A DNA stretch of 64,000 nucleotides. Origin: an uncultured Pseudomonadales bacterium. Lineage in GTDB: Bacteria; Patescibacteriota; Microgenomatia; UBA1400; PJMF01. The notes under the pieces are model-generated. The model was not told where the DNA came from. It made no database searches and worked only from the letters and a program-made list of their open reading frames with translations. Numbering within the stretch: the stretch's first letter is position 1; the number at the start of each line of letters is the position of its first letter. Positions 48,694 to 59,273 of the stretch are shown piece after piece. The translations under genes and the position numbers were made by a program. The DNA is taken from contig CAZKSJ010000002.1 in assembly GCA_964555515.1 (NCBI GenBank), positions 537-64,536 on the forward strand, read 5' to 3'.

Positions 48694-50025
48694 TCAGCTT
48701 TCAATCACCTTTAGGCGTGGTAAAGCAGAACTGATTGACTTGCGCTCTTTTTTTCGCTTGACAAAGACGTATAACAAGCAAAGTCCTGCGGGTAACCAAG
48801 TAGTTAATTGTTGGTGCCATAACACGTTCCCCTCAAACCCACCAGCCAATATCCAAGGAGCATAGCGCCAGAGTGAACTGAGCGATAAGACCAACATCAA
48901 CTGTGACCAACGTTCAAACTTGATTAAAGGTAACCAAATTAACGGCCAAATCAAATACCAAGGATGGAATTGTTGAGAACGCGTTGTTAATAAAGGTAGG
49001 AACATCAAGACAGAAGCGATTAAGGGTAGTTTTGTGAGTAGCTTGTGGTCTAACCAATCAACCATGATTGTTTGGTATTTCTGGGGAATTATGGATAAGT
49101 GCCCGATCTGCGTTCGTTTAAAAATGTTTATTAGCACCAACTTTTCTAGCAAAATCAGGGTAACCAGGGGCAACAATATTAGGGTGGCGTATTTGATGCT
49201 CACCGACAATAATAGCAAGCCAACCCCCAACATCATTGGTCGGAAAAGCTGGCTATTGATCGTCTTAATATTAGTCAACACCACTAAGCCAGCCATGGCG
49301 GGCACCATCATCCACAGATCATTGTGGGAATTGCCGATCACCTCAATCACCACTAGGGGATTTAGAAAAAATAAGGCTAGTTGCCAAACTTTTAAGCTTT
49401 GACCAGTCCATGCCTTGGCAGCCAATAACACCACCCAGAGCGCGACGAGTAAACTAAGTAAACTGAAGAATCGAAAAGCGAACCAAGAAGTAATAAATTT
49501 TCCCCCGCCAAGCAGGTATGGCAACAATGATAATGCGGTCCAACCATACCCATATGGAGCTGGTGTATGGGTATTGTGCATGAACCTCGTCCAGTCGTCT
49601 GCCACAAAATTGAGGGCCACTACCTGGTGAGGATCTGCACCATACACCAAGACCATTTTGGCATTAAATATGTAATTAAAGACATCATGAGAGAGAGCGT
49701 TATAAGCAAATAATAACGGCAAAATTAGTAAAACATAAAAACCGATCATTTTTGGCTGAAAAGTGAGGTTTACCAGCTCCTTCCTCCTGAATATCACCGC
49801 CAAAGACAAAAAAATCACAAACCAAAGTGTGGTAATCAGCAAATATCCCTGGGTGAGCAGCACACTATTATGAAAGAAAGTCTGCCACATCCAAGTTTGA
49901 AACTGCCAGTAGATGGGATGGTTAATTAAAACCAAGTTTGGATCGACCAATCCATAAGTAAGCAGCGCATACAACAAACCGCACAAAAAGTATGCGGATA
50001 ACAACATTTTTAGTGAAAGTCTCAT
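48694..50025 (-). CDS. Polytopic membrane protein; may be a GT-C/GT87-like glycosyltransferase or a Wzy-like polymerase.
   Basis: At least 10 predicted TM helices; loop region SHDVFNYIFNAKMVLVYGADPH. No firm family assignment. Confidence 0.3.
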   Translation of the reverse strand: MRLSLKMLLSAYFLCGLLYALLTYGLVDPNLVLINHPIYWQFQTWMWQTFFHNSVLLTQGYLLITTLWFVIFLSLAVIFRRKELVNLTFQPKMIGFYVLLILPLLFAYNALSHDVFNYIFNAKMVLVYGADPHQVVALNFVADDWTRFMHNTHTPAPYGYGWTALSLLPYLLGGGKFITSWFAFRFFSLLSLLVALWVVLLAAKAWTGQSLKVWQLALFFLNPLVVIEVIGNSHNDLWMMVPAMAGLVVLTNIKTINSQLFRPMMLGVGLLLLSVSIKYATLILLPLVTLILLEKLVLINIFKRTQIGHLSIIPQKYQTIMVDWLDHKLLTKLPLIASVLMFLPLLTTRSQQFHPWYLIWPLIWLPLIKFERWSQLMLVLSLSSLWRYAPWILAGGFEGNVLWHQQLTTWLPAGLCLLYVFVKRKKERKSISSALPRLKVIES

Positions 50026-50027
50026 AA

Positions 50028-50804
50028 TTAATTCGAAGCCCGATAAGCGCCTTGAAAATCCGAAATCCGAATTTTTAAAATATCCCTTAACATGCGCAGC
50101 GAATCTTTGATGGGACTGACTCGATTTGTCTCAGTGTGTTTCCAGATGATTGGCACTTCTTTAATTTTAAACTTAAACTTTCTGGCGAGGTATAGTAACT
50201 CTACGTCAAAAGCACCGGTAAACGCATCTGTTCTAAGTTTTTGCTCACCATAAACACGCAACGAGTTAAACAATTTTTCAGTCGCAGCGGCTGAAAATAA
50301 CTTAAAACCACATTGGGTATCATCAATTCCTGGCACAGCCATCAACTGCACTAACAAATTAAACCCTCGACCCATAATATGGCGGTATAATGGCTCCTTA
50401 TCTCTTCTAGCACCCTTGATTTCCCGTGAGCCAATCACTACCTCATAATCCTGCTTAGCGTATGTAAACAAATTTTCAACTTCAGAAAGCGGGGTAGACT
50501 GATCAAAATCAGTAAACAAGCGCCATACACCCCTGGCTTCAAGCATGCCTGCCTTGACGGTGGGAGCTTTGCCGGCATGAATGTTTCTCAGTAAATACAC
50601 GTTGGGATACTGACCAGCATATTTTGATAACTCTTCCAGAGTTTTATCGGTTGAACCATCGTCGCTAAAAATCACCTCCCACTCATAGTCCTGCTTCTGC
50701 AAGTATCCAAGCAGTTGTTCAATGACGCCTCTTTCAAGGTTTTTTTGCTCATTATAAGAGGGAATCACCACTGATAGAAATGGCTGCTTCATGCTCTTCA
50801 TCAT
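50028..50804 (-). CDS. GT2 polyprenol-phosphate sugar synthase (GtrB/DPM1-like).
   Basis: LSVVIPSYNEQKNLERGV...VIFSDDGSTDKT. A short soluble GT2 of 258 aa. Overlaps the upstream GT-C gene by 4 nt. Confidence 0.65.
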   Translation of the reverse strand: MMKSMKQPFLSVVIPSYNEQKNLERGVIEQLLGYLQKQDYEWEVIFSDDGSTDKTLEELSKYAGQYPNVYLLRNIHAGKAPTVKAGMLEARGVWRLFTDFDQSTPLSEVENLFTYAKQDYEVVIGSREIKGARRDKEPLYRHIMGRGFNLLVQLMAVPGIDDTQCGFKLFSAAATEKLFNSLRVYGEQKLRTDAFTGAFDVELLYLARKFKFKIKEVPIIWKHTETNRVSPIKDSLRMLRDILKIRISDFQGAYRASN

Positions 50805-52342
50805 ACCTCACCTTCTGCTGATTGACCACGTTTTTCTAAAATCATTACTTCGGTGCCGTTGGAGAGCTGAAATTTTGTCAATGACTGACTTGGACCGAAC
50901 GTGACAATCTCATAGATTGGCAGAGCTAACGGGTCTTCTGCTACTCGTTCTTCATCAATGATAACTAGTTTTTTCGCCCTAGCATGTTCTTCCGGTGAAA
51001 GAGGTGATTTATCAGGAATTGTATGTAAATAATATCGATAATTCATGCCATACAAGTCTTTAGAAGATGATAATAAAATTAAGGTGTAATTCTCGCCAGC
51101 ATCTATGCGAGCATGAATGGCAGCCGCTGCTTCCGATAATTGATTGATCGTTGGTCCAGACGGTTGAAAGCTATATTGGCCAACGTTATATCTTAAATAA
51201 AACACCAGAAAACCGACAAAGATGATCAAATTTAGTTTGTGAAGCTTGATTAGCTGATCAAATACATAACCAAATAGCAAAAACGTCGCTGGAAATAAAT
51301 AGGCGATGTAGTGATCGAAGACTGAGTGTTGATAAAAACTCAAACCCAATACACCCACCAATAACCAGACAATCACGACTATCACACCTGCTTGTGGCTG
51401 GTGTTTTTTGTGATCGCGATAAACAAATAAGCCAGTCAATAATATCGTGATGAGCAACAAAAGGGAGTTAAGCTGCCGCTGCTTGCCAATCGTGAACTCA
51501 AATAAAACGTGCATCGCCCGCCCGTGAGTCTCTCTAATCACCGTCTCCAAACCGCCCAATCTTTGCTCTGCTTGAGTAAAATTTTGGTCACTCGTGAGCA
51601 ATGATCCCAACGCCTTGAAATTAGTCCAATCATGCTTAAAATCAAACAATAGTAAAGGCACAAACGAGATCACTAAAATGGCCAGCGCACCGATGGTAGG
51701 CATGACTAATGGCTGCAGCTTTTTTGATCGAAACCTTTGCCCAAAACTAATCAACCAAATTACCACTGCCGCCGCTCCAGCCAAAATCGTCACATAATGC
51801 AGTTGCAACAATATTGCAAATAATAACCCAACCAACAACCAATATTTTGGATTTTTTTGCCAGGCTAAATATGTGGCATACATCATTGCTAGAGAAACAA
51901 AAGGTGCCAAATTAGGATTCCAACTAAATCTACTTAAGGAAATTGCCACCACCGAGAAAGTCATCAATAACCCGGCGATGAGTCCAGCTCTTTCACCCAC
52001 CAGCTTTCTGCCCCATAAGTACAATCCAAGTACCGTTGCCACCCCAAATATAGCCATAGCAAAAGCTGGACCCAACGGACTGGGATAGGAAAGCCACAAA
52101 AAAGGCAACATAAAATAATAGTAAAATGGCCCCAAATACATGTTGCCAACACTAGTGACGGGACCAATAAAAACTAGGTCACCTTCTTGAAATATCTTCG
52201 CAACAATTAAAGCATCTCTGCCCTGATCGCCCAAAAAATGTAAAGAACCAGGTAAATTCCACACCCGCAGACCAAGCGCAATCGCTGCCAAGATGACTAA
52301 GATCAATCTCTCTCTAGTAATTTTGATGGGCAAGTTTCTCAT
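50801..52342 (-). CDS. GT-C membrane glycosyltransferase, ArnT-like family B.
   Basis: Motif HFLGDQGRDALIVAKIFQEGDLVFIGPVTSVGNMYLGPFYYYFMLPF. Confidence 0.55.
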   Translation of the reverse strand: MRNLPIKITRERLILVILAAIALGLRVWNLPGSLHFLGDQGRDALIVAKIFQEGDLVFIGPVTSVGNMYLGPFYYYFMLPFLWLSYPSPLGPAFAMAIFGVATVLGLYLWGRKLVGERAGLIAGLLMTFSVVAISLSRFSWNPNLAPFVSLAMMYATYLAWQKNPKYWLLVGLLFAILLQLHYVTILAGAAAVVIWLISFGQRFRSKKLQPLVMPTIGALAILVISFVPLLLFDFKHDWTNFKALGSLLTSDQNFTQAEQRLGGLETVIRETHGRAMHVLFEFTIGKQRQLNSLLLLITILLTGLFVYRDHKKHQPQAGVIVVIVWLLVGVLGLSFYQHSVFDHYIAYLFPATFLLFGYVFDQLIKLHKLNLIIFVGFLVFYLRYNVGQYSFQPSGPTINQLSEAAAAIHARIDAGENYTLILLSSSKDLYGMNYRYYLHTIPDKSPLSPEEHARAKKLVIIDEERVAEDPLALPIYEIVTFGPSQSLTKFQLSNGTEVMILEKRGQSAEGEV

Positions 52343-52354
52343 AGCAAATGGCGT

Positions 52355-53554
52355 TCAATGCTGCTTGCCGCGTTCCTTCCAGATGAATTTGTTGTAGGCA
52401 AAAAAGTTCCAGAAGAGCCCTAAGACTATTCCGATCATGACGTATAAAGTACCGCTATCAAAAGTAAAAGCCAAAGGCCAACTGAAGTTGAAAATCGCAA
52501 ATATGCCAAAAATTCTTTCTCCGAAAAAAGCGACTAATAATTGAATGAGAATTGAACCTGCCGAGGTCACATTAAACTGCAGGAACTTAGCTGGTAACTG
52601 CGCAAGCGGTAATTTTCTGTCAGCAAAAGTCCACATGTTGTTGAGCGCAAAGTTGCTCCCAATCGCCACTTCAATGCTTAAAAATGTCGCGACTAAGTAA
52701 TTGGTGACGGCAAAGAAACTGAAGACTGGCAAAATATATCTAAACAACTGCAAACTAAGTAACTGCACCACTGTCCCAGTGCCCCCAACAACTAAAAATT
52801 TAAAGACTCGATGATTCAAGATTTCTTGAATTCTCACTCTAAAAATAAACAGTAGGGTGTTTTTGATATATTCAGGCCCCAATTTTGACTCTCCCTCTGT
52901 CCGGTCAACAAACTGAAAAGGTACTTCTCTAATATCAAAGCCTGCCTTCACGGCTGAATAGAGAAACCCAATCTGGAAAGTGTAACCAAAAAACTGAGCA
53001 GAATCCAACTTATCATGAACCGTTTGATATACTTTTTTAGAAATTGCCCGATAGCCGGTAGTCCAGTCCCGAATTGAGAAGTTTGTTAAAACCGCCATAA
53101 TGATCCAATTGCCCACCACACTTAAGAGCTTGCGATGAAAACCCCAGTTTTTGGGGATGCCTCCGCCAGGAATATAGCGAGAGCCGAGCACCATGTCGGC
53201 ACCGTTGTCGATCTCTGCTAAGAAGTCAGGAATTTTTGTGGGGTCATGTGAGAGGTCGGCATCAAACTCAAAAATCACATCTGCTTGTAGATGATTAAAA
53301 GCTTCTGCCATGCCTTTTAGGTATGCCCCACCCAAGCCAGATTTTTTTTGATTGACTAAAAGATGAACATTTTTATAACGCTTAGCTAACTCCTCAACTA
53401 GCTGATATGTTTTATCTGGCGAAGTGTCATCCACCACCAAGATACCCATTTGCCAATGATCAATTTTGGCAAATACTTCCAACAATCTTTTGATGACTCT
53501 TTCAATGTTGGCTCGTTCATTGTAGGTGGGAATAACGACAATCGCTCGTTTCAT
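52355..53554 (-). CDS. Polyprenol-phosphate mannose/hexose synthase (DPM1/GtrB-like GT2) fused to a C-terminal GtrA-like 4-TM domain.
   Basis: [12 protein letters not shown]...[10 protein letters not shown] and the DPM-synthase DxD block [10 protein letters not shown]. The C-terminal 120 aa ([16 protein letters not shown]...NNMW...YNKFIW) resemble GtrA flippases. Confidence 0.7.
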   Translation of the reverse strand: MKRAIVVIPTYNERANIERVIKRLLEVFAKIDHWQMGILVVDDTSPDKTYQLVEELAKRYKNVHLLVNQKKSGLGGAYLKGMAEAFNHLQADVIFEFDADLSHDPTKIPDFLAEIDNGADMVLGSRYIPGGGIPKNWGFHRKLLSVVGNWIIMAVLTNFSIRDWTTGYRAISKKVYQTVHDKLDSAQFFGYTFQIGFLYSAVKAGFDIREVPFQFVDRTEGESKLGPEYIKNTLLFIFRVRIQEILNHRVFKFLVVGGTGTVVQLLSLQLFRYILPVFSFFAVTNYLVATFLSIEVAIGSNFALNNMWTFADRKLPLAQLPAKFLQFNVTSAGSILIQLLVAFFGERIFGIFAIFNFSWPLAFTFDSGTLYVMIGIVLGLFWNFFAYNKFIWKERGKQH

Positions 53555-54528
53555 GCTTGCCCTTTTTGCTCTGCTGCCAGTTCAGCTTCTACCATTATTT
53601 TCACCAATTCTTCAAAGTTTGTCTTAGGTTCCCAACCCAGTTTTTGCTTAGCTTTACTAGGATCGCCAATCAGCAGATCAACTTCTGCCGGACGATCATA
53701 TTTAGGATTGTGCTGATATACCTCTTCCCAATTGGCGATACCAGCCACCTGACAAGCTTTTTCCAAAAAATCCCGCACTGAGTGAGTCTGGCCAGTCGCA
53801 ACAACGAAGTCTTCCGCCTTCTCCTGCTGCATCATTAACCACATGGCTTCCACATAATCTTTGGCATAACCCCAGTCGCGCTTTGATTCAAGGTTACCCA
53901 GCTCAACGTGTTGCTGCTTGCCAAGCTTAACTCTAGCCACACCATTAGCAATTTTTCTGGTGACAAATTCTAAGCCGCGACGGGGCGATTCGTGATTGAA
54001 CAAAATCCCAGAAACAGCGAACAAGTCATAAGATTCGCGGTAGTTGACGGTGATCCAGTGACCGTATACTTTGGCAACTCCATAGGGAGATCTGGGGTAA
54101 AAAGAAGTATTTTCGTTCTGGGGCACTTCGCGCACTTTGCCAAACATTTCACTGGAACTAGCTTGATAAAATCGAGTATGCGGTGACGCCAAACGGACTG
54201 CTTCCAACATTCTCACCACGCCGAGTGCCGTAAACTCACCTGTGAGGACGGGTTGTTCCCAACTTGTCTGCACAAATGACTGGGCGGCTAAGTTGTAGAA
54301 CTCGTCTGGTTGAATGTCTTTTAAGGCGAAAGTAACTGAGTGTTGATCAATTAAATCACCAGAAACTAGTTCAAGGTTGGGGTGATGAATAAGGTGTTCA
54401 ATTCTAGCAAAGTTTTGGGTACTCGTGCGCCGAGTTAATCCATAAACTTGGTAGCCTTTGTCGAGTAATAATTCTGCCAAATAAGAACCATCTTGACCGG
54501 TAATACCAGTGATAAAAGCTTTTTTCAT
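53551..54528 (-). CDS. gmd: GDP-mannose 4,6-dehydratase.
   Basis: Collinear with E. coli Gmd: [71 protein letters not shown]. The ATG at 54528 overlaps the rmd stop as ATGA. Confidence 0.9.
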   Translation of the reverse strand: MKKAFITGITGQDGSYLAELLLDKGYQVYGLTRRTSTQNFARIEHLIHHPNLELVSGDLIDQHSVTFALKDIQPDEFYNLAAQSFVQTSWEQPVLTGEFTALGVVRMLEAVRLASPHTRFYQASSSEMFGKVREVPQNENTSFYPRSPYGVAKVYGHWITVNYRESYDLFAVSGILFNHESPRRGLEFVTRKIANGVARVKLGKQQHVELGNLESKRDWGYAKDYVEAMWLMMQQEKAEDFVVATGQTHSVRDFLEKACQVAGIANWEEVYQHNPKYDRPAEVDLLIGDPSKAKQKLGWEPKTNFEELVKIMVEAELAAEQKGQA

Positions 54529-55481
54529 TTTTCTCTCCAATACATTATTACCTGAGCCAATGTTTCTGACAAACTGAATTTTGGTTGCCAGCCGAGCTGC
54601 TTAATTTTCCGATTGTTGGCAATCACCACAGGGATATCTATAGGTCTGTCTTTACTCGGGTCATGCTCAACCTTAATTTCGTGATCTGCAAGCTTAATCA
54701 GTTGATCAAGCACGGTTTGTACAGACACTCCTTCGCCGCTACCAATGTTATAAGACTCACCAACCACACCTTTTTCCATCAACAACATATAAGCTTTGAC
54801 CACATCTCTCACATCAGAAAAATCCCTGACGGCACTCAAATTGCCCACTTTAATGCTGCTTTGCTCTCCTCGCTCTACTTTCACAATCTGCTCAGCAAAA
54901 GCTGGAATCGCAAAGGCGGTTGTTTGTCTAGGACCCAAGTGATTAAAAGGTCTGGCATGAATAATTTGTAGATCATAAGAACGCACGTAGGCAGCTGCGA
55001 GCATTTCCTGCGCTACTTTAGAAACTGCATATGGATTAACCGGCCGAAAAGGATGAGATTCATCAATCGGAATCTCTTCTTCTGTTAAACTTTCTCCATA
55101 GGCGTCTGCCGAACCAATACTCAACGTTCTGGCCTGGGGACAATGTACTTTGATGGCTTGAAGAACATTTAGCTGCAAATTTAAGTTGTTCTGCATCACT
55201 TGTGCAGCTTTCTCAAAACTATCACCGGCACTGGCAAAGGCGGCCAAGTTATAGACCTCCGTAGGTGAGAGCGCCTTCATCAGCTCTGAAGTCGCCGCAT
55301 AATCGGTTAAATCAACCTGATGAAAGCGCTCTTCAGGTAGCATGCCCTGCATGTAATTGGGCAGATCACCAAAATTGGTGGTATGAATCTCTAGCTCTGG
55401 GTCGGCTTTCAACTCTTCAATCAAGTGAGAACCCGCGAAACCGGTGCCGCCAGTGACCAGAACAACTCGTTTATTGTTCAT
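54525..55481 (-). CDS. rmd: GDP-4-keto-6-deoxy-D-mannose reductase-like SDR (Rmd; GDP-D-rhamnose synthase).
   Basis: Aligns with Pseudomonas Rmd: [58 protein letters not shown]. Sits immediately downstream of gmd. Confidence 0.65.
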   Translation of the reverse strand: MNNKRVVLVTGGTGFAGSHLIEELKADPELEIHTTNFGDLPNYMQGMLPEERFHQVDLTDYAATSELMKALSPTEVYNLAAFASAGDSFEKAAQVMQNNLNLQLNVLQAIKVHCPQARTLSIGSADAYGESLTEEEIPIDESHPFRPVNPYAVSKVAQEMLAAAYVRSYDLQIIHARPFNHLGPRQTTAFAIPAFAEQIVKVERGEQSSIKVGNLSAVRDFSDVRDVVKAYMLLMEKGVVGESYNIGSGEGVSVQTVLDQLIKLADHEIKVEHDPSKDRPIDIPVVIANNRKIKQLGWQPKFSLSETLAQVIMYWREK

Positions 55482-56781
55482 GAACGTTGCCTCTCCCAAT
55501 ACCAATATATTTAAATCCCCACGCTTCTACCTGGTTTGCCAAAAATTGATTACGCGCATCAATAAACCATTGGTTTTTCTTGGCATCAACCACCGCACTG
55601 TAATCATAGTCCACTATTTCTGGCCACTCAATTAAAGCTAGCACCACATCTGCATGCTGACAGGCCTCGTCAATCGCCTGATGGAAACTCAAATCGGGAT
55701 GATTTGGCAGGATCGACTTAGCAGCTACCAAAGCCTTAGGATCATAACCACACACTTTCGCCTGTTGGTCTAACAAAAAGGGGATGACTTTCAAGCTTGG
55801 CGCCTCTCTTAAATCGTCGGTGTGAGGTTTGAAGGATAGTCCCAACACTGCCACCGTCTTACCAGCCCAACCCTCGATCTGTTCACCAAAATTAGCCATC
55901 AACTTGGGGATACGATGCTCATTGAGATCAGAGATTTTGTTGAATAGATTTTCCCCTTCACCAACCTGTCTAGAGTAATAAGCCAACTCCTTCACATCTT
56001 TGGGGAAACACGAACCACCATAGCCCACTCCCGGATACCAGTAGTGTTTACCAATACGCCGGTCATGACTAATGGCAGCAATGACTTCTTCGACATCTGC
56101 CCCATTTTTCTCACAAAGATCGGCAATTTGATTGATAAACGTAATTCTAGTCGCCAGATAAGCGTTGGCAGCATACTTGGCCATTTGGGCAGACTCTGGC
56201 GACACTTCAATCACCTGACATTTTAGCGGTCGGTGTAGTTCTCGCAAACGATCAAAAACTACGTTCTCTCTGGCTCCCACCACTACTCGATCAGGGTGGA
56301 TGGTATCTTCCACAGCCGAACCTTCTTTTAAGAATTCAGGCATGGCTGCCAAGTGGTACTTCACCTGAGCTGATTGGCTAATAATTTTATCTAATTTTGG
56401 TAATGTACCTGGTGGAACAGTAGATTTGACCGCGACAATGGCATCAGGTTTCAAAAATGGGGCTAATTCCTTGGCTGCACTCAATAAGTAAGTTAGGTCA
56501 GCTCCACCTTCTTGATTGGAGGGCGTACCCACTGCCAAGATGACTAACTCGCTTTGCTCAATGGCAGTTTTGTAATCGGTGGTAAAAGTTAAGTTTCCCA
56601 ACTTTTGTTGTTGTTTCAATAACTTTTCTAATCCTGGTTCGTAAAAAGGCACTTGGTTGTTTTTTAACTTCGCAATTTTGCGCTCGTCAATGTCTAAGCC
56701 AATCACTTTGTTGTCAAAAGAAGCAAAGACTGCGGCGGTTACTACCCCCACAAATCCCGTCCCAATTACCGTCATCTGCAT
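55471..56781 (-). CDS. ugd: Nucleotide-sugar 6-dehydrogenase (UDP-glucose 6-dehydrogenase-like).
   Basis: N-terminal VIGTGFVG Rossmann motif and the active-site block GGSCFPKD. Confidence 0.8.
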   Translation of the reverse strand: MQMTVIGTGFVGVVTAAVFASFDNKVIGLDIDERKIAKLKNNQVPFYEPGLEKLLKQQQKLGNLTFTTDYKTAIEQSELVILAVGTPSNQEGGADLTYLLSAAKELAPFLKPDAIVAVKSTVPPGTLPKLDKIISQSAQVKYHLAAMPEFLKEGSAVEDTIHPDRVVVGARENVVFDRLRELHRPLKCQVIEVSPESAQMAKYAANAYLATRITFINQIADLCEKNGADVEEVIAAISHDRRIGKHYWYPGVGYGGSCFPKDVKELAYYSRQVGEGENLFNKISDLNEHRIPKLMANFGEQIEGWAGKTVAVLGLSFKPHTDDLREAPSLKVIPFLLDQQAKVCGYDPKALVAAKSILPNHPDLSFHQAIDEACQHADVVLALIEWPEIVDYDYSAVVDAKKNQWFIDARNQFLANQVEAWGFKYIGIGRGNVHEQ

Positions 56782-56813
56782 GAGAAACCTTTCAACTTTT
56801 AAGACTAGAACAG

Positions 56814-57767
56814 CTAGTATACCACCGCCCCAGCCTGCAACTCTTCTATCAAATCCACTGGGTCATACCACTGGTAAGCATTCAACACCCAGTCCATTAA
56901 TTGTCTTGTATCAGCATACCGATCTTCGCTAGCTAAAACAACTATGATGAAACGCCTGCCCTGGTCATTGACCGCTGTGATCAAGACTTGACCTGCTTCT
57001 TCCGTCGTGCCGGTTTTAATACCAATTATCCGACTGTCGTCTTTAAGTAATTGATTGGTGTTGTATAAAATATGTTGCTGCTTGCCAGTCACATCACTGA
57101 TTACCGCCGACTGAGAGGCAACTAACTCACTCAAAAATTGATCTTTTAATACTTCCCTAGACAAAATTGCTAAATCACGCGCAGTTGTTTGATGAAACTG
57201 ATTGTCAAACCCACTAGGATTGTTGAAAAATGTGTCATTCATCTGTAACCTTTGGGCGGTTTCATTCATCTGCTGTACAAATGCCTCCTCACCTCCTGGA
57301 AAGTTTTCTGCGATGACGGTAGCCGCATCGTTGCCAGATTGAATGATGGCTGCACGTAATAAGTCGTCAATCGTTAGCCGCTCACCACCAGTCAATCCCA
57401 CAGTTGTGCCTTGATATTCCGTGTTGCTGGGCACTTGCAAAATCTGTCCGGGGTTAAATGCTTGCCTCGCCACTAAGGCGGTCATTAACTTGGTGGTAGA
57501 AGCCGGCGCAAACAGCGTACTGGCATTCTTTTCAAATAGCTTCGCGCCTGAACGTTCGTCTGTGATATAAACTGCTTGGGCCGAAGTGACTGGATCCGGC
57601 ACTGAAGATGATCTAATCGCTACTGGCGCCACTTCCACTTGTGAAATTGTCACTTCAGATTCAACCAACTCATCTAAGCCTTTAGTTGGCTCAATTGATC
57701 GGTACAAAACTAGCAACAACAAAATCACTCCAATTGTAAACAACTGGCGCTTCTTTAAGTTTGGCAC
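56814..57767 (-). CDS. D-alanyl-D-alanine carboxypeptidase (PBP5-type; S11 peptidase).
   Basis: All three penicillin-binding motifs are present: SxxK (ASTTK), SxN (SGN) and KTG (KTGTT). N-terminal TM/signal segment. Confidence 0.8.
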   Translation of the reverse strand: MPNLKKRQLFTIGVILLLLVLYRSIEPTKGLDELVESEVTISQVEVAPVAIRSSSVPDPVTSAQAVYITDERSGAKLFEKNASTLFAPASTTKLMTALVARQAFNPGQILQVPSNTEYQGTTVGLTGGERLTIDDLLRAAIIQSGNDAATVIAENFPGGEEAFVQQMNETAQRLQMNDTFFNNPSGFDNQFHQTTARDLAILSREVLKDQFLSELVASQSAVISDVTGKQQHILYNTNQLLKDDSRIIGIKTGTTEEAGQVLITAVNDQGRRFIIVVLASEDRYADTRQLMDWVLNAYQWYDPVDLIEELQAGAVVY

Positions 57768-57816
57768 GTATTTATTGTATAGAAAATTAGACCAGATATA
57801 TAGTCCACTCCTGGTT

Positions 57817-59247
57817 TTACTTTTCTATATGTTTAAGGTGTAACTCTGTCAACTGATCTGCTGATAACAAAGCTGGCGCATCCATCACCGCCGTTTTACC
57901 ACTAGAGGACATGGGGAAAGCAATCGCTTCTTTAAGCGAGGTTTCTCCCGCCAACAACATCACGATTCTGTCCACTCCCAAGGCAATACCGCCGTGAGGT
58001 GGCGTCCCCAACTCAAATGCCCTCAACATGTGACCCACGCTCGCTTCAATTTCTTCATCTGAATAACCCATGATGCGATAGGTAGCTTTGAGAAGCTCGG
58101 GTTGATGAGCTCTAATGCTGCCGCCACCTACTTCATATCCGTTGCAGATCAAATCGTACTGGCTGGTCAATATTTGCTCAATATTTTCTCCTTTGAGATG
58201 TTGTTCCACGTGCTCTGATAGAGGCATGCTAAAAGGGTTATGAGTAAATGTCCAACCTGATTTGCCATCGGCTACCTCCGCTCGATCTGCCTTATCTACC
58301 TTTTTGAAAAAAGGAAACTTAATCACCCAAGCAAAAGCAAGCAACCCGCTGTCTTTTTCAGATTCACTTCTCAAATCAAACTTATCCTGACCAAACTGCT
58401 CCATCGCTTGTTGATAGGTGAAAATGGGAAATGGTGTCTCCTTAATTTTTCCGCCAACAGCCTGGATAGATTCGATCATCATCTCTTCAACCGTGTTCAT
58501 CACTTGTTTTTGATCCACAAAACTCATCTCTAAATCAATTTGGGTATGCTCAAAACCACGGTCTGCCCGCAAATCTTCGTCCCGGACACATTTGGCCAAC
58601 TGAAAGTATCTTTCCACGCCAGCGGTCATTAATAACTGCTTATACTGCTGCGGGCTTTGAGGGAGGGCATAGAATTTTCCAGGCTGTAATCTGGCGGGCA
58701 CGACAAAGTCACGTGAGCCTTCTTTGGTCGACTTCGTCAAGATGGGTGTCTCCACCTCCACAAAATCTCTCTTATGGAGCGCCTCCCGAACTGCTCTTGA
58801 ATAATCCGATCGGAGGACTAACGTTTGGTGCATCCTAGCTCGCCTGAGATCAAGATAGCGGTACTGCAGTCGCACCTCTTCACTAATCTCATGGCCATCG
58901 GTATCCACCGGTATCGGCAGTTCACGCGCTGTATTTAGCACTTTGTACTCAACCACATCCACTTCAATGGTGCCTGTTGGTAAATCTGGATTGACCATTC
59001 GTTCCGGCCTTTTTTTGACTTCACCAATAATCTCCACCACCGATTCTGTGGTTAACTCACCCATCTTTTGATATCCCACCACCTGCACTTTACCTGTCCG
59101 GTCTCTTAAGTCAACAAAAGTGAGCTTACCATGATCACGCTTGGTATCCACCCAGCCAGCTAACTTCACCACTTGACCCACCATCTCTAAGGTGTCATCC
59201 ACCATGGTTCTCACTAATTCTTTTTTTTCTGACACATTTTCAGACAT
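57817..59247 (-). CDS. aspS: Aspartyl-tRNA synthetase, compact form lacking the GAD insertion.
   Basis: Class II motif 2 RDEDLRADRGFEHTQIDLEMSF matches the bacterial AspRS consensus. N-terminal OB fold. 476 aa instead of about 590. Confidence 0.85.
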   Translation of the reverse strand: MSENVSEKKELVRTMVDDTLEMVGQVVKLAGWVDTKRDHGKLTFVDLRDRTGKVQVVGYQKMGELTTESVVEIIGEVKKRPERMVNPDLPTGTIEVDVVEYKVLNTARELPIPVDTDGHEISEEVRLQYRYLDLRRARMHQTLVLRSDYSRAVREALHKRDFVEVETPILTKSTKEGSRDFVVPARLQPGKFYALPQSPQQYKQLLMTAGVERYFQLAKCVRDEDLRADRGFEHTQIDLEMSFVDQKQVMNTVEEMMIESIQAVGGKIKETPFPIFTYQQAMEQFGQDKFDLRSESEKDSGLLAFAWVIKFPFFKKVDKADRAEVADGKSGWTFTHNPFSMPLSEHVEQHLKGENIEQILTSQYDLICNGYEVGGGSIRAHQPELLKATYRIMGYSDEEIEASVGHMLRAFELGTPPHGGIALGVDRIVMLLAGETSLKEAIAFPMSSSGKTAVMDAPALLSADQLTELHLKHIEK

Positions 59248-59273
59248 TTGTACTTTCTTTTGGAGGAATCACT

